A stretch of DNA of 64,000 nucleotides from Scyliorhinus canicula (GCF_902713615.1 NW_024055676.1:124001-188000), one strand, 5' to 3'; numbered from the stretch's first letter, positions 23,831 to 37,890 are shown. Notes: generated from the sequence alone by a model not told the origin. A program made the numbers and translations.

Positions 23831-24582
23831 GAGCCAGAGGCACGAAGCTGCCGATGACGCCACAAGGCCACCTCTCCTTAGGTCAAAGAAAGTAAAGGAG
23901 AGACTGTACTGAGTTGCTGAAACGTAAGTGGATCTGTAAATGAAGATGACACGGAGCTGTTTCCACGAGCAGATCCCTGGATAGTACAAAGATGGAGGAG
24001 AAATAAAGCCCAGGAAAGTCCCATTCATTATGTCTTCTGCGATTTGCTGAACTGCAGAAGAGGTGTCTTAATAAAGGAAGAAAATTCAACAATAACTTTA
24101 AGAAGGAAATGTAAAGGCAATTACCCGGCTATGTAGAAAATGCTATTTTTGAAGGAAGAATAAGATAACCATTTCAAAGTGTCTCGGGCAATATAGATCC
24201 TGTTGCCTCATCCCTGACTCGAAGATTGTAGATTCGAGTCCGTCATGTCCTTTCCAATATATTTCTTCTCAGTGCCTTGCACAGTGAGCAGGTGCGGGTG
24301 GTCACAGTGCAGTGAAGATTGAACCGTCGCTATTTCCGCTCCATCAGTTCCGGGTGCAGCTGAGAGTCACCGCACACTTCGCTCAATACTGAAACTGCGG
24401 TACCCCGCCCACAGCTTCCGGTTGCTGCTGTCACTCTGATCCAATTGTGTTATTGGAGAGATTGCTGCTGCTTGTTCTTTCCATTCATTGGCCGGATCAC
24501 CAGTGCAGTGTGATGGGGATCTGTATTTCTGTCTCTGACAGAGGATTGATCTCATTGCAGAGTTACAAACTCAAGGAGGATC

Positions 24583-25087
24583 ATGAGGAACCATCTCGCT
24601 TCGCTCCTTGTCATTATCTCACTTCTCAGTAAGTATTTCCTTCCCAGTAACACTCCATTCTCTTCCTGAATGCCGTAACCCTGATTTTATTGTTGGTAAA
24701 ATGACAAAGATTATTTTGCTGATGATCGTATTGCTGAATGCGATGCTAACTCTGATTGTCATTATTGTTGTTACTTCTGTTAGAATGGAGCCACCAGGAC
24801 ACCGTGGAACAAAGGGAACCTGAAATAACGGTTAAAGAGGAAAGGAATGTCACAATAACCTGCAACTTGAAAACAAGCGATCCTAACCCTTATGTGTACT
24901 GGTACAGTCAGCAACCCGGGAAAGCTCCAAAGTATATGTTTCTTCTTATTGGACAGACTGTGCAAAGGAACACCGACCTCAATGATCGGTTTTCTTCTAC
25001 GTTTGATAAAAAAGACAAGACTACCGAGCTAACGATCAGCAACACAATGATCTCCGACAGCGCCGTGTATTTCTGTGCCATGAAGCC
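24583..25087 (+). CDS. TCR alpha/delta-type V gene segment (leader 24583-24628, V exon 24784-25087)
   Basis: MRNHLASLLVIISLL|gtaagt..ttag|KWSHQDTVEQ..ITCNLK..VYWYSQQPGKAP..DSAVYFCAMK. Confidence 0.94.
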
Positions 25088-25126
25088 CACACTGCTACAG
25101 AGATACAGTGGACCCGTACAAAAACC
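25088..25126 (+). other. 23-RSS
   Basis: CACACTG + 23 nt + ACAAAAACC. Confidence 0.93.
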
Positions 25127-25521
25127 CCACACTGGCAGTTCCAGCTGCTGCTCAGCAGGGTGCGCGTCCTCATGGGCAGTTCAGTTTACACAGTGAGTGA
25201 CAAACATTGTAGCAAAACATCTCAAAAATAGCAAGAGGTGAGGTCCACTTGCACAGTTAAACCAGTTTACTATTGCAACTTGCATTCATAACAGATGTAA
25301 GATTGACGAATCGACCTGTCATTCCTTAAATCCTGCTTCTTGTTCATATCTTGATGTACAGACTCACTCACTCAGTAAACTATCAGGTCTCACGGGACAA
25401 TAGCAAATACAACAATTTAAATTAATGTTGAGCTTTTCACATCATTACATGTCCAAAGGAGTTTCGGAGGAGCATTTAGGTCAAATGATCAAAAACCTGC
25501 TCAAAGAGTTTGGTTATTTAG

Positions 25522-25900
25522 GGCGGCACAGTGGCTAGCACTGCAGCCTCACAGCGCCAGGGACCCGGATTCTACTCTGGCCTTGGACGAGCTCGTGGCG
25601 TTTGCACGTTGTCCCCGGGCCTGTGATGGTTTCCTCCGTGTTCCGCGGTTTCCTCTCACAACCCAAAAATATGCAGAATAGGGCAGCACGGTGGCCTAGT
25701 GGTTAGCATAACCGCCTCACGGCGCTGAGGTCCCAGGTTCGATCCCGGCTCTGGGTCACTGTCCGTGTGGAGTTTGCACATTCTCCCCGTGTCTGCGTGG
25801 GTTTCGCCCCCACAACCCAAAAATGTGCAGAGTAGGTGGATTGGCCTCGTTAAATTGCCCCTTAATAGAAAAAATAATTGGGTAATCTAAATTTATAAAA
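25522..25900 (+). mobile_element. Two tandem HE1-like SINE heads/bodies
   Basis: GGGCGGCACAGTGGCTAGCACTGC.. at 25522 and GGGCAGCACGGTGGCCTAGTGGTTAGC.. at 25681. Confidence 0.75.
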
Positions 25901-27359
25901 AAAAAAAAAAAAAATATGCAGAATAGGTGGATTAGATAGATTTAATAAACCTGAATCAGGCCCCCCTTCAGCCTTCTCTGCTCTGAGGGAAACAACCCTA
26001 AGCTAATCAGCCTGTCTTCATGGCAGAAACACTCCATCCCCGGCAACATCCTGGGGAATCTCCACTGCACCCTCTTTCGAGCAATCAAATCCTTCCGATA
26101 GTTTGGCGACCAGAACTGCACACAGGGATCCAGCCGTTGCCTAACCAGCGTTTCTGCAGCTTCATCATAACCTCCCTGCTCTTATGTTCAACGGAAAATA
26201 AACGCAAATATTTCATAAGACTTTCTTAACCACCGTATTTACCTGTCCTGCTGCTTTCAGGGGTCCATGGATACGCACCCCAGGTCCCTCTGGTTACTGT
26301 AATTCCGAGCGGCCTATCTTTCATTATATATTCCCTTGCCTTTCTAGCCCTCCCAAATTGCATCACCTCGCAATTTTCAGAGTCAATTTGCCACTGTTTT
26401 AAGGTTTTCCTCCTCACTATTTACCACATCAACAATGTTCTCGGAATCTGCGAACTTACTGATTATACCTCTACCAGCGCCCCTGGGTTACACGGAATGT
26501 GGAGCTGAGGCCATGGTCACCTTAGTCATGATGTCACTGAATTGTGGAGTAGACCCGAGTGGCCGATTGACCAACTCCCTGCTCCCAAGTCGGATGCTCA
26601 TATGGCAATGAAAAGACCCTGCATTTTACAGAGTCAGTGTTTGTTACTGAGGGAGGTACAATCGTTGAGCTGAGCCCCCACACCAACAGGCCGTATCCTT
26701 CAATGGTGCGGCGATCCCAATACTGCAGCCGGCTCACGGTACTTGCTGTCCCAACATTATCACATCTAGCTTTATTGCAGCAGAGAAATGCATTCCTCTG
26801 ATTGCCAGCGACACGCCAGTGAAAGACAAGGCCAGTAAAATTGGGCAGCCAATACCTGGACATAAATATGTACGCATAAATCCTGGAAGTTTGTCACTCG
26901 CGGAATTATTATAGCGCGAGGAATGTTACAGCACTCAGAATCCCAGATACACAGAACCACCAGTTCAGATGAGGCCTTCCGGTCAATCGAGTCTGAACCA
27001 ACACGTGAAAAATACAGGACTAACTACAGGACCTCATTTGTCAGCACGTGTTCCATAGCCTTGAATGTGAAGACGTGCCATGTGTTCAGCCAGGTACTAT
27101 TTAATGGATGTGAAGCACACGGCCTCTACCACCCTCCCACCTAGTTTACTCCAGACAGTCACCATCCGCTGGCTAAATAAGATTTTCCTCAAATCCCCAT
27201 AACCTCCTGCCCCTCACCTTGAACTTGTGTTCCCCCGTAACTGACCCTTCAACTAAGGGGAACTGCTGCTCCCTATCCACCCTGCCATGACCCTCGTAAT
27301 CTTGTACACCCAAGACTATGCAACTTCTCTTCATAACATAAATGTTCCATCCCAGGCAA

Positions 27360-30300
27360 CATAAGACCATAAGACGATAAGACATAGGAGCGGAAGTAAG
27401 GCCATTCGGCCCATCGAGTCCACTCCACCATTCAATCATGGTTGATTTCAACTCCATTTACCCGCTCTCTCCCCATAGCCCTTAATTCCTCGAGAAATCA
27501 AGAATTTATCAATTTTTGTCTTAAAGACACTCAATGTCCCGGCCTCCACTGCCCTCTGTGGCAATGAATTCCACAGACCTACCACTCTCTGGCTGAAGAA
27601 ATTTCTCCTCATCTCTGTTCTAAAGTGACTCCCTTTTATTCTAAGGCTGTGCCCCCGCGTCCTAGTCTCCCCTGCTAATGGAAACAACTTCCCTACGTCC
27701 ATCCTATCCAAGCCATTCATTATCTTGTAAGTTTCTATTAGATCTCCCCTCAACCTCCTAAACTCCAATGAATATAATCCCACGATCCTCAGACGTTCAT
27801 CGTATGTTAAGCCTACCATTCCTGGGATCATTCGTGTGAATCTCCGCTGGACCCGCTCCAGTGCCAGTATGTCCTTCCTGAGGTATGGGGCCCAAAATTG
27901 CTCACAGTATTCTAAATGGGGCCTAACTAGTGCTTTATAAAGCCTCAGAAGTACATCCCTGCTTTTATATTCCAAGCCTCTTGAGATAAATGACAACATT
28001 ACATTTGCTTTCTTAATTACGGACTCAACCTGCAAGTTTACCTTTAGAGAATCCTGGACTAGGACTCCCAAGTCCCTTTGCACTTTAGCATTATGAATTT
28101 TGTCACCGTTTAGAAAATAGTCCATGCCTCTATTCTTTTTTCCAAAGTGCAAGACCTCGCACTTGCCCACGTTGAATTTCATCAGCCACTTCTTGGACCA
28201 TTCTCCTAAACTGTCTAAATCTTTCTGCAGCCTCCCCACGTCCTCAATACTACCTGCCCCTCCACCTATCTTTGTATCATCGGCAAACTTGGCCTGAATG
28301 CCCCCAGTCCCGTCATCTAGATCGTTAATATATAAAGAGAACAGCTGTGGCCCCAACACTGAACCCTGCGGGACACCACTTGTCACCGGTTGCCATTCCG
28401 AAAAAGAACCTTTTATCCCAACTCTCTGCCTTCTGTCTGACAGCCAATCGTCAATCCATGTTAGTACCTTGCCTCGAATACCATGGGCCCTTATTTTACT
28501 CAGCAGTCTCCCGTGAGGCACCTTGTCAAAGGCCTTTTGGAAGTCAAGATAGATAACATCCATTGGCTCTCCTTGGTCTAACCTATTTGTTATCTCTTCA
28601 AAGAACTCTAACAGGTTTGTCAGGCACGACCTCCCCTTACTAAATCCATGCTGACTTGTTCTAATCCGACCCTGCACTTCCAAGAATTTAGAAATCTCAT
28701 CCTTAACGATGGATTCTAGAATTTTGCCAACAACCGAGGTTAGGCTAATTGGCCTATAATTTTCCATCTTTTTTCTTGTTCCCTTCTTGAACAGGGGGGT
28801 TACAACAGCGATTTTCCAATCCTCTGGGACTTTCCCTGATTCCAGTGACTTTTGAAAGATCATAACTAACGCCTCCTCTATTTCTTCAGCTATCTCCTTT
28901 AGAACTCTAGGATGTAGCCCATCTGGGCCCGGAGATTTATCAATTTTCAGACCTTTTAGTTTCTCTAGCACCTTCTCCTTTGTGATGGCAACCATATTCA
29001 ACTCTGCCCCCTGACTTTCCTGAATTGTTGGGATATTTCTCATGTCTTCTACTGTGAAGACTGACGCAAAGTACTTATTAAGTTCCTCAGCTATTTCCTT
29101 GTCTCCCATCACTAGATTACCAGCTTCATTTTGGAGCGGCCCAATGTCTACTTTTGCCTCCCGTTTGTTTTTAATGTATTTAAAGAAACTTTTACTATCA
29201 TTCCTAATGTTACTGGCTAGCCTACCTTCATATTTGATCCTCTCCTTCCTTATTTCTCTCTTTGTTATCCTCTGTTTGGTTTTGTAGCCTTCCCAATCTT
29301 CTGACTTCCCACTACTCTTTGCCACATTATAGGCTCTCTCTTTTGCCTTGATGCATTCCCTGACTTCCTTTGTCAGCCATGGCTGCCTAATCCTCCCTCT
29401 GATAACCTTTCTTTTCTTTGGGATGAACCTCTGCACTGTGTCCTCAATTACTCCCAGAAACTCCTGCCATTGCTGTTCTACTGTCTTTCCCACTAGGCTC
29501 TGCTTCCAGTCGATTTTCGTCAGTTTCTCCCTCATGCGCCTGTAATTACCTTTATTTAACTAAAACCTTTACATCTGATTCTACCTTCCTTCTTTCAAAT
29601 TGCAGACTGAATTCTACCATATTATGATCACTGCTTCCTAAGTGTTCCCTTACTTTAAGATCTTTTATCAATTCTGGCTCATTACATAACACTAAGTCCA
29701 GAATAGCCTGTTCCCTCGTGGGCTCCATCACAAGCTGTTCCAAAAAGCCATCCTGTAAACATTCAATGAATTCCCTTTCTTTGGGTCCACTGGCAACATT
29801 ATTTACCCAGTCCACCTGCATATTGAAGTCCCCCATGATCACTGTGACCTTGCCTTTCTGACATGCCCTTTCTATTTCGTGGTGCATTTTGTGCCCCTGG
29901 TCCTGACCACTGTCAGGAGGCCTGTACATAACTCCCATTATGGTTTTTTGCCTTTGTGGTTCCTCAACTCTACCCACACAGACTCCACACCGTCTGACCC
30001 TATGTCGTTTAGTGCTATTGATTTAATTTCATTTCTAATTAACAAGGCAACCCCGCCCCCTCTACCCACCTCTCTGTCTTTTCGATAGGTTCTAAATTCC
30101 TGGATGTTTAACTGCCAGTCCTGAACCCCCTGCAACCATGTCTCTGTGATGCCTACCACATCATACCTGCCAGTCACAATCTGGGCCACAAGCTCATCTA
30201 CCTTGTTCCGTACACTGCGGGCATTTAAATATAGCACCTTTAATTCCCTATTGACTGTCCCTTTTTGTTTTCTTAGTGTGGTGGACCTTGGTTTACTGAG

Positions 30301-30530
30301 CCTTTCCATACACTGTGTCATATTTTGTGAGATGGGGACTATCGTAACCTCTCCTGAGCTCTGTCTTTTCGTGATTTTTTGTAATCCTAAACAGCTACGC
30401 TTCCCACTGATTCCTTCACCTCTTGGTTCCCTGACTTTCCCTTCCCCCCCAATCTCTAGTTTAAAGTCCTATTGACCACCCTATTTACTCTTTTCGCCAG
30501 AACACTGGTCCCAGCTCGGTTCAGGTGGAT
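27360..30530 (-). mobile_element. Young CR1 LINE, nearly full ORF2 (EN fragments 29552-30321, uninterrupted 695-aa linker plus RT 27448-29535)
   Basis: KSPGPDG, YRPISLTSV, LDFQKAFDKV, GVPQGSVLGP, KFADD, LERVQRRFT, RGHSLRI motifs, and a (TCTTATG)n 3' tail near 27360-27385. Confidence 0.95.
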
Positions 30531-31274
30531 CGTGGCGAATCTCCTCTGCACCCCCTCCAGTGCAATCACATCCTCCTATAATGTGGCGCCCAGAACTGTA
30601 CAGTACTCCAGCTGCGGTCTCACGCCAGTTCTGTACAACTCCAACATGATCTCCCTGTTTTTATAATCCATGTCTCTATTGTCCCTGCAAGCACAGGAGT
30701 GGTACAGTGGTTAGCACTGCTGCCTCACAGCGCCAGGGACCCGGGTTCACTCCCGGCCGTGAGTGTGCAGTTTGCACTTTCTGTCCATGTCTGCGAGGGT
30801 TTCCTCCGGCTGCTCAAGTTTTTTTAAAGACCTTATCAGAGTTACAAAGCTAGAGCTCAGAGTGTGGACAGGGGCAAACCCCTAATGCAGCTCCATGCCT
30901 GCTCCAAAAAACAATTCAAATTGAATCCAATTCATGGCCCCCAGAAGAGAGACAAACCAGATCCAGGCATCACACCTGACCTCACGCTCATCTCAGCAAA
31001 AAGGCGAGAAGCGATTTCCTCCCACCGTTCAAAGATGTGTCGGAAATCTGGATTGACCTTGCTAAATTGCCCCTTAGCGCCCCTTCGTCTCAATTGGACG
31101 AAGCCTGTCCCTGATCTGCGTGGGAATCCAACATAAAACATGTCGTGTCAACAGAAACTTCTGGTATTTTCGATCGACAACTTGATTTCTATTAAAGTAT
31201 AAACCTGGCACCATGTGCTTCCCATGTCCCAGACTGATAGTAATTCTCATGTTGTTCAGCGGTTATTGTACATA

Positions 31275-31570
31275 ATAATAATCTGTATTAGTGTCACAAT
31301 TAGGCTTACATGAAGTTACGGTGAAAATCCCCCAGTCACCACATTCCGAAGCCTGTTCGGGTACACAGAGGGGAGTCAGAATGTCCAAATTACCTAACAA
31401 CATGTCTTTTTGCGACATGTGGGAGGAAACCGGAACACCCTGGGGAAACCCACGCAGACACTGGGAGAATGTGCAGACTCCACACAGACAGTGACTCAAG
31501 CCGGGAATCGAACCCGGATTCCTGGAGCTGTGAGGCAGCAATACAAACCACTGAGCCACAGTGCCGCCCA
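31275..31570 (-). mobile_element. HE1-like SINE variant
   Basis: Minus strand GGGCGGCACTGTGGCTCAGTGGTT..GGTTCGATTCCCGGC..GTCTGCGTGGGTTTCCCCAGGG. Confidence 0.75.
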
Positions 31571-32060
31571 TTAAGTACCTTGCACATTTAGTACCGCAGC
31601 AGACATTGATCCATTCTGCATTTCGTTATAGGAACGGGTAACGAGAAGTCTTTGTCCTTGGACTCATCTGCGAGAGCAGGCCATGATTTTCGTCCATCTT
31701 AACTCCTCATTCGCGTGGCTCCCTCTGCTGGTAGGTCGATATTCGGTTTTAAAGATACAATAAAATGTGCGGTATAATAGACAATAATAAGATGATAAGG
31801 CCATTAGACATAGGAGCAGAATAGGCCACTTGGCCCATCGAGTGCGCTTCGCCATTCAATCATGGCTGATATTTTCAGCCAAAGCTCTCAAGATTTCCCA
31901 AACTATTCCTCTGTCGATCTACACAAGGACAGAAAAATGTCCGGTAAATAGACATGATTGCTTGCCTGAGCCCGGGATCAATTCCTTCTCGGAAAGGAAC
32001 CTCAGTGATGCTGTAAACACTCACTCAGCGTTGTGTACGGGGCTTTTCTCTAACGCTGTT

Positions 32061-32345
32061 TCTCAGTGCGCAGTAATAGACCTCCCTGTCCTCCTCATCG
32101 AATGCGCTGATACTGAGGTAACCGTTCTGTTTAGATTTGTCAGCAAACGCCAGATATCGTCCTGAACCCACATCTCTCTTCATTGCTGAGGTGTTGGTGA
32201 TAATCCATCACGGTGGCTGTGCCGGTTTCTCCTGATATCATTGCATTTTGTACATGTTGGGGCCTTTATATTGGCAATTTAACTTCACCGGACCCACTTC
32301 TGGGACAGTTATTGTCACTGGTGACTGAGCTACTGGATTGCACAT
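32061..32345 (-). pseudogene. TCR V pseudogene (same family as the 8237 fragment), two stops, RSS degenerate
   Basis: VAQSPVTITVPEVGPVKLNCQY..MQ*YQEKPAQPP*W..SGRYLA..EDREVYYCALR, followed by AACAGCG in place of the heptamer. Confidence 0.85.
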
Positions 32346-33292
32346 AGCCGGCTTGCGAAAGTGAAGGAACGAAGTGAACAGATTGTTGTTCCTTTATAAA
32401 GTTAGAGTTTGTTCAATTAAGAGGTGCTTTTTAGCGTGGCTAGTCCACTTAGCCTGTACATCTAGGTTGTGGGAGTGAGAATGTTCAAACACCACACGGG
32501 CAGTGATCTGGGACCGGGATCGAACCCGTGTCCTCAGTGCAATGAGGCAGTAGTGCCAACCATTGCGCCACCGGGCCGCCCTGAGTTTAAGCAGGGTTGA
32601 TATAAATCTACTTGAATCTGCGGCATTTTTTGGGACCTCTGATGCAGGCACTTCATAGACATTCCCGATCGTTAATTACACATAGCCTATGTGTATTAAT
32701 ATGCTAATCTGGTTTAATTAACACGATAACTACTTACTGTGCCAAAGCGCCGCTAGTATTATCACAAACATGTCTGACTGAATCTCTCCCAGTGAACTGA
32801 ACTGGACTGAGTCAGGGATTGTGTAGGAGAGAGGGAACTTAGTGCAGTGCAGGGAGAGGGTCTATTGTGACATCACTCGCCTCCCATCCTATCGGCTTGG
32901 CCGACACCATCAGGTGAGTTTCTGACGCCCGTGCTTGAATTTGGCGCCCTCTGCTGCCGGATTCGGTTTACTCCGTGTTAGAATTCGGCTGTTGAGTGGA
33001 TTCAGTGTTGACTGCAATGCATATCAGGGCGAAAAACCTAGACAGAAATCTAAATTTCAGCTATTTATACACCATCTTTGTCACTAGTTTTCTTTATTTT
33101 GGTTCTGACGAAGAAGGTACAAAAGGGGAACTGCTGTGAACATCGCTTTTTTCAGAGACCAGATTGTCTGGAATTATTTTCATTAGCTGAAGGTTAAACG
33201 TTCTATGAAGAAGATAGGTGAATTATATTTCATGCAGCAAGTGTTTGTGAGACAATGAAACGTTACAGAGGACTTTGAATGGATCAGCACCG

Positions 33293-33364
33293 AGGGACGG
33301 GCGGGATTCGAACCCGCGATTTTTGGTTTACGAGACCAACGCCTTTCCTCTTGGCCACCGCACC
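33293..33364 (-). tRNA. tRNA-Thr(CGT), variant
   Basis: GGTGCGGTGGCCAAGAGGAAAGGCGTTGGTCTCGTAAACCAAAAATCGCGGGTTCGAATCCCGCCCGTCCCT closely matches vertebrate tRNA-Thr-CGT. Confidence 0.85.
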
Positions 33365-33905
33365 TTAGGCAAGGTAATGATGTTGATTGCACTGTGAATT
33401 GTTATCATTTGGAGTGTGGCGCAACAATTGGTGAGTGAAGATGAATCAATAGAACATTTCAAAAAATTGTCAGAACTTGAGAACGGAAAACCCCGCGGGA
33501 TTTAAATGCAGGGTGAAAAGGGCAATAGAAAAAGCTCTTTCAAATAGGCGCAGGTAGCGTCAGTTCAATCTGCCCCCAGCCCTCCGACACTATATTGTTC
33601 TCAGTGAGTTGAGCAGGTGCAGGATGGTCACGGGCTGCTGGGTGCTCAACTGTCGCTATTTCCGCTCCATCACTTGTGACTGCAGCTGATAACCGCCGCA
33701 CAATTTTCAGCTTTGAGTCTGCGGTGCCCCGGTCACAGTTTCCGTTTGATGCCCTTGCCCCAACACCATTGGGATATTCTAGACATTGCTGCCGCTGCTC
33801 GATTCCTGTCATTGGTTGGATTAGCAATGCAGTGGGACCTGAATCTGGATTGCTGCTCTGACAGATAATTGGCTGCCCTGAAGAGCGATTGATTCAGGAA
33901 CGATC

Positions 33906-34300
33906 GCGAGGAACCGCCTCGTCACCCTCCTCATTATGATCTCGCTACTCAGTATTTCCTTCACTGCAAAACCCCCATTCTCCCCTTACTGAGTAACCAG
34001 ATATTATTGTTAATTAAATAATAATGAGTATGGTGCAGGTGACCGTTACGTTGGTCAATATGAGGCTGATTCTGAATTTTGAGATTATTATTGTTTTCTG
34101 TTCGTTTCTATCAGACTGGAGCCACCAAGACCCAGTGGAACATCTGGACGCTGAAATGAGGGTTGAAGAGGATACTGACGTCACACATCAATACAATCGA
34201 TACTGACGATCCTGATACACAGTCAGCATCGGGCAGCCTGCACGGTTCATATTCCGTCTGATTGGAGAGAATCTGCGTAGCAGCAAATGTAGAAGTGATC
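33906..34300 (+). pseudogene. TCR V pseudogene of the WSHQD family
   Basis: Leader homologous to 24583 but with ATG changed to GCG. Exon 2 starts DWSHQDPVEH at 34115, then frameshifts and loses its 3' end. Confidence 0.8.
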
Positions 34301-34569
34301 GCAATATGACACATATATAGAGAAATAACAGCACACAAATATAGAGATCCCTACATGTGTCTGTGCCGTCAATCACATTATAGCAGAAAGGCAGTGGGTC
34401 CCAGAAACAAACCGACACCAAGAGGGGTAGGGGTATGTGTGTGTGTGTGTGGAGGGGGTGGGGGGGGGGGGGGGGGGGGGTGATATTCATCTCTCAAGGT
34501 GGATGCGAGAGGGCGGTCAGAAAGACCATCGCCATTTATTTTTATGTGAAAATGGAGCAAGACGGGTTA

Positions 34570-34900
34570 TTGGATTGGATTTGTTTATTACCGAGGTACA
34601 GTGAAAAGTATTTTTCTGCAAGCAGCTCAACAGATCATTCAGTACATGGAAGAAAAGGGAATTAAACAAAATTCAACAAAATACAAGAAAATACATGGGA
34701 CTACATAATAGGGCAACACAAGATATACAATGTAACTACATATGCATTGGCATCGGTTGAAGTACACAGGGTATAGAGTTAATGAGGTCAGTCAATAAGA
34801 GAGTCATTTCGGAGTCTGGTGACAGTGGGGAAGAAGCTGTTTTTGAGTCTGTTCGTGCGTGTTCTCAGACTTCTATATCTCCTGCCCGATGGAAGAAGTT
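34570..34900 (-). mobile_element. Rex1/Babar-like LINE 3' end fragment
   Basis: Matches 5568-5900 (GGATTGGATTTG..CCGAGGTACAGTGAAAAGTATTTTTCTGC). Confidence 0.8.
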
Positions 34901-36087
34901 GGAAAAGCTCTTTGTCCCTTTCATTTTATCAGATCAACAACTTCAGACTGTGAACTCTCACTTCCCCCTCCACCACATGTTTTTTCCATCAACTTATCAT
35001 TCCTTCCATTGATATATTTTACCCTCAGCATTCCCCACCTCCCCCCAGCCCATACCATCCTACTTGATCAATCAGATCCCTGTTTGTAATTGTTCTCTGA
35101 CGCATTGCTTACATTTGTTCTGCCATTAACACATTCTGACCGCTTGATGCAACATCAGCACCTTTCATAGCCTTGATTAGCTTCATTTACATTCCCTTTT
35201 TCTTTCTGCCCGAGACATTTTCGTCATTTCCCACCTATTGCTAGCCCTCTATCGAGACCCAATACAGCACTCCACCACCCCGACCCCCCACCCACACCCC
35301 CCACCCACAATCATCTGAATATCCAGTTCCAGTTCTCCAGCTTTGACAAAGAGTCCACTTGACTGGAAACGACAGCTGCCATTTCGCTCCCCAGAGGCTG
35401 TCAGACCTGCTGAGATTATCCAGTATTTTCTATTTTAGTTTCCGTTTGAAGCATCCGCAGTCAGTTGCATTTGTCATACATTTAGACATGTTTGAGATGG
35501 TAATTAAATGTGTTCATTTGTAAATCGCTGAAATTCTGTTCGGATGAACTAGCTGCCAATATCCCAGCTGTGCCAAGATATGGAAACTCTTCACCTCTCA
35601 TTGCCTGCCGAAAATTCAGTGCTTGGGCCTTAATGTTCAATTCAGTTTGGTGGCTCATGTGAGACGAAATCTCATAGTCCTGGAACACACGAGATTCCGG
35701 CAGCATTCAGGAAACAGAATTATTTTGTGCGCAATAATTGTGCAAACGCTTCTCACACGTGCCTATTCAGAGGATGGGGGCTGTTCCACGACATTGTGCT
35801 GAGCTACATGGGAACATTGCAGCAAGCCAAGATCGGACATTTGGACATGAGAGCAGGACAGTGAGTTCAAATAGCAAGCGACAGGAGAGTCTGCCGCCAG
35901 CTTGTCGATGGAGCGAAGGTGTTTTGCAAAGTGTTCACCCAGTCAGCATTTAGTGTCTCCAATGCAGAGTAGATGGCATTGGGATCATTAACCCCTGGAG
36001 TAAATTATTCCTCGGTAAGCCAAAGAAGGACTTTTACAGATGTCGCGCCTTTTACCGACTCCGGATGTCCGAAAGCACTTTTCAAGT

Positions 36088-36400
36088 GGGCAGCACGGTA
36101 GCATGTTGGTTAGCCTAATTGCTTCACAGCTCCAGGGTCCCAGGTTCGATTCCCGGCGCGTCTTCCTCTGGGTGCTCGGGTTTCCTCCGGGTGCTCCGGT
36201 TTCCTCCCACGATCCAAAGATGTGCGGGCTAGGTGGATTGGCCAGGCTAAATTGCCCTTAGTGTCCTTAAAAAATAATGTTAATGGGGGTTGTTGGGTTA
36301 CTGGTATAGGGTGGATACGTGGGCTTGAGTAGGGTGATCATTGCTCGGCACAACATTGAGGGCCGAAGGGCCTGTTCTGTGCTGTACTGTTTTAATTCTA
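36088..36400 (+). mobile_element. HE1-like SINE
   Basis: Head, core and tail as at 9908, with a small internal deletion. Confidence 0.82.
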
Positions 36401-36562
36401 ATATAGGTTCTTCTACTGGCTTGTAAGTTTAGACATCTATTTTAAAGAAACAGACATGTCCTTGTAAGAAGTGACATGGCCTCTTAGCCGAACCATGCGA
36501 AGCTGCAACAAGGCAGCTGAGTTGAAGGTGACACAGGTCCGTTGGAGTTTGCGCTGCCAGCG

Positions 36563-36635
36563 GTTTCTGTAGTGTAGTGGTTATCACATTCGCTTTACAC
36601 GCGAATGGTCCCCGGTTCGAAACCGGCCCGAAACA
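36563..36635 (+). tRNA. tRNA-Val(TAC)
   Basis: GTTTCTGTAGTGTAGTGGTTATCACATTCGCTTTACACGCGAATGGTCCCCGGTTCGAAACCGGCCCGAAACA; two stem mismatches. Confidence 0.85.
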
Positions 36636-36732
36636 TTCCAGAGAGATTCCAGTTTAGTCTGGTTCTAAATATTACCTCGATCTCGTAACTGGTCTTCATC
36701 ATCGAGGAATAGCAAAAGCTTGTAACTGCTGT

Positions 36733-36793
36733 GGGCCAGTGGCGCAATGGATAACGCGTCTGTGTACGAATCAGGAGATTCCAGGCTGGCTCG
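36733..36793 (+). pseudogene. tRNA-Arg pseudogene (T loop/B box deleted, anticodon arm mutated)
   Basis: GGGCCAGTGGCGCAATGGATAACGCGTCTGTGTACGAATCAGGAGATTCCAGG-CTGGCTCG. Confidence 0.85.
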
Positions 36794-37122
36794 CAGTTCC
36801 GAGTTTTGGCGTCACCTTTAGTTCAGTGGGTTGGACAACTGGTTCCCGATGCAGAGCAAAGTGAGCAGGGCATCATCAATTCTCGTTTCAGCTGTGGTTA
36901 CTTATGAAAGCCATGCCCTCTCAATTTAACTTCAAGCAAAACATAACTTATCTCCAGTTCAGCAAAGTTCAATATCTGATCCTTTCATAAGTTCAGACAT
37001 CAGTTTTAAAGAAACGGCTTCTTCCAATAAGTGACATGGCCTCTCAGCGGAACCGTTAGAAGCTGCAACAGTACATTGAGGTTCAACATTGCACAGGGCC
37101 ACTGATTGTGATGCTCCCAGCA

Positions 37123-37195
37123 GTTTCTGTAGTGTAATGGTTATCACATTCGCCTAACATGCGAAAGGTACGTGGTTCGAAACCGGGCAGGAACG
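37123..37195 (+). tRNA. tRNA-Val(AAC), T stem imperfect
   Basis: GTTTCTGTAGTGTAATGGTTATCACATTCGCCTAACATGCGAAAGGTACGTGGTTCGAAACCGGGCAGGAACG. Confidence 0.82.
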
Positions 37196-37890
37196 TTCCG
37201 TACTTCTCATTCTGTGTGACGAATGTTTGCACAAAATACATTTCTTCCTCAATCTCGCACGTTCGAGGAACATGAGATTTGGTCTCGCATCAGATATTAG
37301 AATTCCTGCAACAAAGTCAGAAATACTGAATTTTCAAGACGCCAGGGGAAGAAAAGCCTTCCCTATTTTGCCACGATTCGAATATTAGCAGTTTGTTCAT
37401 CCACCACAGAATCTATTGGGTTTACAGATGCAGATGAACATATTTAATCACCATTTCAAACATGTCTAAATGTACGATAAAAGCAATTTACTGCGGATGC
37501 GTCAATGGGAAAGAAAAACAGAAAACACAGGACAGTCTCAGCAGGTCTGACAGGCTCTGTGGAGAGAGATGGCAAGTGTCGTTTCGAGTCTGGGTGACTC
37601 TTTGTCGAAGCTGGACAACTGGATCTTGGCCAGGTTTAGACTGGCGGTGTGTGTGGGGGAAGTGGGGGTTGGGAGAGGGGAGCGTGAAGTATTGGGCCTC
37701 GACAGACGGCCAGCGATGGGTGGAGAATAACAAAAATGAGTTGGGTCGAAAGAAAAAGGGAATGTAAATGTTTCTAATCAAAGTTACGAACGGTGCTGAC
37801 CGAGGCGATTAGAAGATTAGAATGTGTTAATGACAGAGGACAATGAGGAACAAGGGGCGGATTTCCCAAGAGGGATGCGATTGGCTAGGG

